This document shows positions 1 through 64,000 of a stretch of 64,000 nucleotides of DNA, in pieces. This stretch comes from Tubiluchus corallicola (lineage: Eukaryota > Animalia > Priapulida). A model generated the notes under the pieces. That model was not told where the DNA came from. It saw only the letters and a list, made by a program, of their open reading frames with translations, and did not search any database. The number at the start of each line of letters is the position of its first letter. The first letter of the stretch is position 1. Where the stretch lies: assembly GCA_030141605.1 (NCBI GenBank), contig JAQGDQ010002373.1, positions 467,921-531,920 on the forward strand, given 5' to 3'. The translations under genes and the position numbers were made by a program.

Positions 1-3000
1 AAATCTAGAGGTAGAACTGACACTCGTGCAAAATCATTTCCGTCGAGAAGAAGCCAAATTGTCTTTGACATGGCAAACTGTGAGGAACAGTCGAATGAGC
101 ATGCGATTGGAACTGTAACTCATACTGTTCATGATGCTGAACAGTGTACCACGCAACAGCCTCAGATTTACAGTGAATGGCTTATGGCGGGTACACCTAC
201 GATTTTTCAGATCGATTGTGGGGCCAGTATAAACATTATACCTGAAAGACTTGTGCCGCATCACTTGTGTGATAAACTTCTACTGTAAAGACTGTGTTAG
301 AAATGTGGAACATAACTAAAATAAGTCCCATTGGGCAAGTCAGATTGCCAATTGTAAATCCAGTGAATAAGAAAAGTTACTCTGTGAACTTTTTGGTCGT
401 AAACGAAAATTATGTACCATTGTTAGGTTCTCGTGCTTCACAACAAATGAAGCTTATTACTGTAAATGAAAATAACTTCAAAAGGGTTGAATCAGCCAAT
501 GTTGCTAATATGTTGTGTAGTGATAGCAGTACTAGGCCTACAGCACATGTTTCAGATGTTTGTAGTGTTGCTGATTGTAATGCTTTACTAACTGAATTTT
601 CTGATATTTTCAGTGAGGTACCAGGAGAATTCCCTGGATGTGTAAGTTTGAAAATTGATCCTACTGTACCGCCAGTTGTACAACCATGTAGGCGATTTCC
701 TTATAACATGCGAGATAAATTTAAAGCTGAACTTGACAGACTCGAACAAAACAACATCACTGAACGTGCAGACCACCCTACTGACTGGGTTAACGCTTAC
801 ACAACTGCTACTAAACGTTCGGGGAGTATCAGAATCTGCTTGGATCCTAAACCACTGAATAATGCTATCAGACGAGAAATCTACCATATTCCTACAATGG
901 AGGAGCTTACTCCTAGACTGTGCAATGCGAAGCTCTTTTCTACTTTCAAAGTGACAAGTGGGTTTCATCACATGAAGCTAGAAGAAAAGACCAAAGATCT
1001 AACAACATTTGATACTCCGTTCGGTAGATATCGTTATACTAGAGCTCCGTTTGGGATTTCAGCTTGGCCTGAGATTTTTCAGAAGAAAATGGATGAGCAA
1101 ATACAAGGCTTAAAAGGAAAAGAAGACTTCCATGATGACGTACTAATTTATGGTTGTGGTGCTACCATTACAGAAGCCGGTGTTGACCATAACAACAAAC
1201 TGAGAGCATTCTTTGAACGATGTCGTGAAAGAAATATAAAACTGAATCCAGATAAAAGTCAGATTCAACGTAGTGAAGTGCGATACCACGGGCATATTCT
1301 GAGTGCTAATGGTATTAAAGCTGACCCCGACAAGGTCGCAGCGGTGCAAAATATGCCGGCTCCAATCGATAAGACGGGAGTAAGAAGACTGTGTGGTTTT
1401 GTCAATTACTTGGCAAAGTTTTTGCCTATGCTTTCTGAAGTCTTTAAACCTATTAGTAACGTAATGTCTGACAAAACAGAATTCAGATGGAACTTTGAAC
1501 AACAAGAGGTATTTGCACAGGTTAAAAAGCTCATAACTACGTCTCCCGTGCTCAGATATTACAACCCAGATGAAAAACTTACTCTGCAATGTGACAGCAG
1601 TCAGTCAGGCTTAGGTGCATGTCTAATGCAGAATGGTCAACCAATTGCATTCGCCTCTCGAACTTTGACTGCAACCGAACAGAACTATGCGCAACTTGAA
1701 AAGGAAATGCTGAGTCTAATTTTTGGTATTCAAAAGTTTGACCACTGCTGCTACGCTCGTAAAGTAAAACTGGAAACTGATCACAAGCCTCTAGAATCCA
1801 TACTCAAGAAGAGCATACTTAGTGCTCCTAAGAGAATACAGTGCATGATGTTGGTGCTGCAAAACTATGATGTTGAAGTAGTATATAGGAAAGGAGCAAC
1901 CATGCTGATGGCTGACACCTTGTCTCGTGCTTCTCTCCCCGAGACTGATGACATTGCTTTAGAATTTGAAACTGTACGTGCTTTGGAATACGTACCTGCT
2001 ACTTTTAAAGATGAGAAACTTGAATTGCTCAAAGTGGCTACAGTGAAAGCTTTGCAATCTATGATTAGGTCTGGCTGGCCTTGCAAAGTGTCTGAGGTGC
2101 AACCGGATCTACGGCAATACTTTAATAATAGAGACGAACTGGCAATAAACGAAGGTTTGATATTTAAAGGTGAGAGAATTGTATACCCATCGAGCGAAAG
2201 GCTGTCTTTCATTAGACTGGTTCATGCTTGCCACATGGGAATACAAGGCTGCTTGCGAAGAGCAGGTGAAGTTGTATTCTGGCCCCGGATGAACGCTGAT
2301 TTTGAATCTTACATTCAAAAGTGTGAAATCTGTAATGCATATCCACGGTCACAGCAAAAGGAGGAATTGATTCCACAAATTGCAACTCGACCATGGCAGA
2401 TTGTAGGAAGTGATCTGTGTGAGGTAAATAATACTGATTATCTCATAACTGCTGACTATTATTCCAACTTCTTTGAAATAGACAAGCTTGAATCAAAAGA
2501 ACCTAGAACAGTCATAACAAAGTTGAAAGCACATTTTTCTCGGCATGGAATACCAGAAATGCTCCGTTCTGATAATGTGCCATTTGATTCTCAAGAGTTT
2601 AAAACTTTTGCTAAAATTTATGGCTTCCAGCATGAAAGTTCTTCACCGAGGTATCCAAAATCGAATGGCAAAGTTGAGAATGCTGTCAACACTGCTAAGC
2701 GTTTGATGAAGAAAGCGCTAGTTGCAAAAGAAGACCCATACTTGTCTCTATTGGCTTATAGAAATACACCAGCGGAAGTTCTTAATGCATCACCAGCTCA
2801 ACGATTGTTTGGAAGACGGACACGGACTACACTACCAATGCCATCTTCCTTGCTAGAGCCGAAATTTGTGCCAAATACTAGAGAGAAAATCATTGCTCAG
2901 AAGGATCGCCAAGCTACATATTACAACCAATAGGCGAAACCTTTGATTCAATTAATGGTTGGGGATGTTGTACGTATGGACCCTCTACAAAAAGGGAAGA

Positions 3001-3275
3001 TGTGGGAGAAAGCTATAGTGATACGGAAGATTGGTGAAAGGTCTTACCTTGTAACCTTAATGTTGGTGTACAGAAGAAACAGAGTTCATCTGTGCAAGAC
3101 GTCTGAGACTTATATAAATGAATCTGTATACTGCCCATACGACAACATGAGACAGAAACAAGACGTGATACCAGACACACTTAATGATAACAGACAGAGG
3201 AATGATAACGAGATTAGAACACGTTCTGGTAGGCGCATTCAGAGACCTAAGTTTCTTAATGATTATGTTACCTAG
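1..3275 (+). pseudogene. Disrupted gag-pol polyprotein of the Gypsy element
   Basis: Frame 1 open from base 1 through the protease motif to a stop at 288; frameshift into the 294-2933 frame (RT-RH-INT); in-frame TAG at 2931-2933, then the same frame continues to 3275 (GDVVRM...RRNRVHL...TRSGR). Confidence 0.88.
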
Positions 3276-3376
3276 TTTGAGTATTGATAACCTTGATGTT
3301 GACCTTTAATTTTGTGACCTTGATATCTGCTTAGATTGATGTTTTTCAGTTTAGTTGGTCTATGTTACTTACTTTT

Positions 3377-3389
3377 AAAAGGAAGAGGA
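3377..3389 (+). other. Polypurine tract
   Basis: AAAAGGAAGAGGA directly before TGTGAC. Confidence 0.85.
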
Positions 3390-3600
3390 TGTGACATGTT
3401 CTTATCTATGGTTTTTTTATGTTTGTGCTCACTAAGGTTTCCCCTCACTGTTTTCAGCGGGCAAGCCACGAACCGTTACATTCTCTAGACTTATCATGGC
3501 AGCAGTCTTTGTGAATAAACAGATTAATAAGCAAGAAACACTTATGTTAAATGTTCTATAAAGTTTCTAACAAAGTTACAAATGTTGCCAAGACGTTACA
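3390..3600 (+). repeat. 3' LTR (~210 bp)
   Basis: Starts TGTGACAT after the PPT, contains AATAAA at 3514-3519, ends ACGTTACA (imperfect inverted terminus); end could be 3603; 5' LTR not in window. Confidence 0.7.
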
Positions 3601-5170
3601 ACACTACCTAACTATAGCGTAGAGCCGCATTAGTTACAATAATTGCCAGACATTACAACTCTCCCAATTTGGAATTTTAATCGAGATTTTAGTGATAATC
3701 TTTCTCCTGATTTGCCAAGAATTGCTGCTTCAGTGTAAACATAGCGTAAAATGTGATCACAATGAAATAGAACTGCTAGACAATGCAAAAAATTGTCTGG
3801 GAATACAGCAGGTAGCACTCTGGAACGTGTGGTGCACCACTGAACTTAGCTGCTCTAATGAAACATCACAGATTAGAGACAATATTTTGTGATTCACACA
3901 AGGGTTTTGACTTATGAAGCCGCTAAATTTAGGAAATTTCACCCAGGATATGACTCCAAGTTAATTAGCAATGTGGCAAGCCCCTGGCAATTTGACAAAC
4001 GACAATTGAGTTTTAATACATTTATATCCAATCAGTCTTAAATATGTTATGAATCATAAGTAAAATTTTGACTGAAAGGTTTACAGCAGTCTTCCTTCTT
4101 TGCTAACTTATTTTTCACAGTAGAACAAAAAGCCATAAAGGTTTTCCTAATTTTTTCCAAGTTTAGAGCTTATAGTTTGGTTGTATTACATTGTATTTCA
4201 AAATTTCAACAACAATCAATCAATAACTACAAAGTTGATCAGCCAATAGCTACTTGACTTATTATAAGTACATTTTCACGTATGAGACATTCTGTGTACC
4301 AGAATTTAGATCTCATTTGAGGCCTCCAAAATATTCTTAAATACGGGAAAATGCATTGGTGGTTAATGGCCCCAAACCCCCTAGCTGGGTGCATGCGTTG
4401 TTCCACGACCCGCTGTACAGACATTTCCTTTAACAGCTTTAATTGCAGAAACATTATCATGAACTTTACTACCATTCAAGTTATTTAATGCTTTTTCAAC
4501 TCTAGGCACATCCGAGACTGGGCTGTATGCTATTCAGTGCCCATAATATACACACACCGCATACAGTCTACTTCAAACCTGAATTCCTAATATATTGTGT
4601 GCATTGTTTTAGAATTTTTCGTTTGTTTTATTCTTTTTAATCTGTCGGAAAATATCCAATCTTGAATTTTAGTAATAAAATTTTTACTGCTGCATTCCCT
4701 ATAATCTATATTAACTACTTCCAAACTTGTGAAATATCTATAGTCACTGTAACTATATCATGCATTTATTTTTATGCTATAAATGAGTGTCCAGATTAAT
4801 TATCATGCACCATTATCATAAAAAATAAATGCATCGAAAACAGTAGTAAAAACTAATGATTATTATAAACTTATCAAACCGTGTATATGAAATTACACCC
4901 TGATCACTTCCAATTTATTTTACAAAAAAACAGGAATTATAACGACTAGTAGAAACTAAAGCAGTAAATAGAAATAGAAACCTTTTTCGGATCCATTGCT
5001 ACTAAACAGAAAAGCTTCAGAAAGTATAATCGCGCGTTTCTGAAAAAACTCGTAATTTTGACGAAGTCTGCTCGTCACGTTTGCGTTGCCACGGTGATTT
5101 TCGTCAACATCAGGTGTACGATGAGCAAGAAGGTCCAACCATAGAAATTTGCACAAGAGAAAACTTTCGT

Positions 5171-5340
5171 CACCTCCTTCGGGCATTTTCTGCGTAGATT
5201 TTAGAGCTCTGTGCTGCTTCTCTTAACTAAATGTCTGTATGTTTAGAAATGAATCTTACTAGGTGGATTCGTGGAACACTGATTTCTTTGCCTGCAAAAT
5301 GCTAATTAGGAATTACAGATTTGTTTATACACCTTGGATC
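5171..5340. repeat. Dispersed repeat, copy 1 (copy 2 at 6660-6830)
   Basis: Shared GTAGATTTTAGAGCTC...GAAATGAATCTTACTAG...TATACACCTT(T)GGATC. Confidence 0.75.
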
Positions 5341-5349
5341 TTGCATATA

Positions 5350-6125
5350 GACATACATGCATACATACTAAATCTTTATTTAAAGTCGGGTGTACAACGG
5401 AAGAACATTAGCCAAATAGGCTATATCGACTAAAATACGCAATGCTAAAATTTTTACTAAAATAGAAAAAAATCTTATTCAAATTGGAAATAAAATCAAA
5501 ATGTGAAAGTAACAAAAATGAATAATAGAAATTTTTAAAAAGGTGAACATTACTTAATTCTAAGCACATGGAAAGAATTGTGGAGATAAAATGATCAGAA
5601 AACACTAAAACTGATTCACTAAAACAATAAAGGTACAAAGTACTTGAAAATAATTGACACAAATTAGGTAGCACAAGCTGAGCATCTACAAATGTCCACG
5701 CTCCATTTGTTAATTTGTCTCAAGAAAACATTATAGTTAGTGACTATGCGTAAATGATTGAGCAATTCATTCCAGATTTTAGAAGCCGAATATCGAAAAC
5801 TTTTTTTCCATAATAATTTTGTGCATACCCTGGGAATATTTAAGATGCTATCATATTGCATTTGATAGAAAAAATTTCTCAGATTAACCATGTTTTATAA
5901 GCTTTCTGGACAGAGTTTATGTAAAATTTGAAATACCTCTATTGCTACTAATCTTTGCCTATTTCCACAAGGTTTTTTTCATTTTAACTTTTTTCAACAA
6001 TGTGTCATAATCATTAAAGACAAAATGCAAAGGCACGTTCTTGTCATTTTTCAAATGTGTGTGTGTTTGTTGTACCGCAAAAATATGAAACTAATGGACA
6101 ATAGTTGAAATTGGAAGAATGAAAG
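5350..6125 (-). mobile_element. 5'-truncated CR1/L2-group LINE remnant (ORF2 C-terminus, 3' UTR and tail)
   Basis: Minus strand reads SNFNYCPLV..C...QERA and SFRYSASKIWNEL...CRCSAC; 3' end CCCGACTTTAAATAAAGAT followed by (TATG)n. Confidence 0.8.
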
Positions 6126-6659
6126 TGTATGTATGTATGTATGAAGCATGTGTGGACAGCATGCCACTGCAAATTAATTACTTAATATTATAATATTATG
6201 TGCGCTGACCTACACATGCATGCATGCCCACACACGCACACACATTTTTTGAAAAAGTCATTGAAACATAAATATTAGTGTTATTTTACTGTGCTTAGTT
6301 AACAATGTAGTGTACAATTTATCAGTGCATTTATGGAAATTTTGGAGTAACCTATTCAAAACATTCTCACATTCCAAATGACTTAATAATAAAATAATAT
6401 TTATTATGTCCTTCCACTTTAAGGTGGAGGTATATAGAATGCAAAGTAGTTGTTCAGTTATCTTATGGAAAATGTACTGTGAATATGGAATCTGGCACTA
6501 CGAAATGCCAATAAAAAAATCTCGTAATTGAATATTATAATTAATGTTTTGTGCTACCTATGCCTTTATTATAAACTTAATTATCACATGTTTAAGTTAA
6601 AAAAACTAATAACTTTTTAAACCTTGTCTTTATGTCCTTTTCGATTTTTGCTTCGGGCT

Positions 6660-6830
6660 TCACCTCCTATTGGCATTTGTCTTTGTAGATTTTAGAGCTC
6701 TTTGCTGCTTCACTTAACTCGGTGTCTGTATGTTTAGAAATGAATCTTACTAGATGCATTCGTGGAAAAGTGATTTTTGGTGTGCAAAATATGAATTACA
6801 AATTGCAGATTTTTTATACACCTTTGGATC
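6660..6830. repeat. Dispersed repeat, copy 2
   Basis: Near-identical to 5171-5340. Confidence 0.75.
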
Positions 6831-8255
6831 AGCATTAAATACTAGAGATATGCAATAACTACTTAAAGCAAGCAGTAAAAAATGATAGTCATGTGATACC
6901 TTCCCTCTGCAAACTGTGTCTTAATTGCATACAGTTTTTATTTATTTTGACACGTAACATTCTGTCTTCCACAGATATTGGGTTGTCATAATGCATACTT
7001 TAGTGATAAGTTGCCACATCACTAAAGTACAGCACACAAGTTGAAATAAAACACGAATACAAATAGCTAGTGCGATTAATATTTCTGAATTTATTCCAAA
7101 TTACTATCATTTAAAATCAAATTTCTCTATAATGATGTATAACAAACTAACAATATACAAGTTTCATTTTTTCAGTTAATTAACATTGAACTAGTAGGCC
7201 CCTACTGTGCGTGCATCTTCCTCTCAGCACTAAAAACAACAACTGTAGATTTTGCTTTAAAATTCAGCAATAACAAAATTTGCAATTAAACACATACCCA
7301 ATCATGTTTTACGTAACAGGTACACAGCAATATATAACAATCAGGCTAAAAATTTAATGCAATAAACTCAGTGAAAAAAAATGCGAATGGCTTACTTTCA
7401 CTAGCCAAGGAAGACAACAAACATTAAAATAATATTTTTACACGATTGATTGGTGATAAATTTGATGCATTAATGATGAAAATGAAAGCTTTCAAAACTG
7501 ACTTACTGATTATATGCAATCTTGTTACTACAAAATGGAATTTTTTGTGCAGTGTGTATTCTGTTTCAGAACTAAAACCTCATTATGTTAGCATTTAATA
7601 CCATTTGCATTAAACATGAGCAATTAAAAATGAAATACGGATGTATGAGTGCATTTATGGTAAGAGTATTTTGAAACTTACTTTAAAATGCAGTTTCCAT
7701 TTAAAAAGACAAATTTCAGACACCTTACAGACAATGCACTGAGCACCTGAATCAGCTGTCCATACTTAATAAGCAATTAATATTAAACACTACTTACACT
7801 TAAAAAAATAAAACTAGTTCAACTATCACATCAGTTTCTAAAAAACAAGTTCAAAATGATCATGTTTCAAGATAAAATTTTAAAGCAACTTCAGTGTCTT
7901 TGGTGTCTTTATGAATATATCTAATGCAAACAGCAACAGATACATGTCCTTTTAAAGGCCTATTGTAGTTGAATGCTATACTATGAGTTACTCTGAAGAA
8001 CCCTTGCACAGCTTTAAGTAATTGTCAACTTTGATTTCAAAATCTGAAATTTTCACGTGTTAGTTATTTGATGATAAATTTGCATTGGCTTTACTGAAAT
8101 TGCTATACATTCAACAAAGGCTTCATTAAAATTTTATACAAATTCTTCTAAAATGTACTCAATTATGCATTTAGCTGGCTGAAATAATATCAATGGTATT
8201 CAAAATCTTTGGACGACACAGCTAATTTTAGATTGCAATACAAACTTGGTAACTA

Positions 8256-63465
<55,210 letters not shown>

Positions 63466-64000
63466 CTGTAAAAAAAATCCATTTTTACTTTTGTTTTATC
63501 AAACTAGAGTCAGAATTACCTGCCAACATTCAAACCATCAGTTGAAATGAACCCAAATCATTTTTATACGAATTTTAATCCTCAGCAATCAGTAGAGATG
63601 CAATGTCAGATAGGAACTTGCTCAATCTCAGATATGCTACATGCCACAACCTGAGTCCCAGTCAATTTAAAGACAATATAAAAAATACATTGACATCCAG
63701 CTTATGTGTTTTATTTTATAATATTTGCTATTTAAAAATGTTCAAGAAAATGTTCGTTGTGTAATTATGTTGTCAAATGAAGGTCCAATTAATCAGATAG
63801 CTTTAGTTTTTACTGACTTCATATGAAAGAGTACAAAAATTATAGGTATTCAAAAACACCAGTGGTGTTTTCTGATATTAGTCAACAATTAAAGCAACCA
63901 CAGTATTTTCTCAGCTCAAAATGCAATCGTATTAGGGTCTATAATAACTTTCTTATAAAGTAGTATCGTCTTTTTAAAATGAAACGATTATAATTTTTGT

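Larger units (their letters stand above)
1..3600 (+). mobile_element. Ty3/Gypsy LTR retrotransposon (K02A2.6-like pol), 5' part outside window, disabled copy
   Basis: Domain order PR (FQIDCGASINII) - RT (PFG..., FHDDVLI) - RNase H (CDSSQSGLG, YAQLEKE, TDHKPL) - integrase (H..H/C..C, SD..SD..E), then PPT and TG-initiated LTR. Confidence 0.95.

Noticed and set aside
588-2394. Antisense ORFs within the Gypsy pol
   Set aside because: Shadow frames of the pol coding strand

Overview
AT-rich invertebrate (probably lophotrochozoan-type) genomic DNA. Most of the window (8256-63465, minus strand, 5' end outside the window) is one intron-rich sucrase-isomaltase/maltase-glucoamylase-like gene with two tandem glycoside hydrolase family 31 (GH31) modules joined by a trefoil (P-type) domain. 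I traced 40 GT-AG exons by hand with consistent phases, and both modules keep the WIDMNE nucleophile and WTGDN acid/base motifs. Most notable: (1) a tandemly duplicated exon pair (62791-62965 / 60885-61053) that can only be used mutually exclusively and differs (Asn vs Asp) at the conserved +1-subsite residue; (2) five consecutive introns are missing from module 1, leaving one 563-nt exon followed by a read-through stop and duplicated AATAAA, so a single-module isoform is possible; (3) two intronless class A GPCR genes nested antisense in one intron. Also present: a disabled Ty3/Gypsy element with PPT and 3' LTR, an Academ-type DNA transposon with long TIRs and a 3-bp TSD, LINE and Tc1 remnants, MITEs, SINE-like repeats and minisatellites. 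All coordinates were read by eye and have no transcript support.
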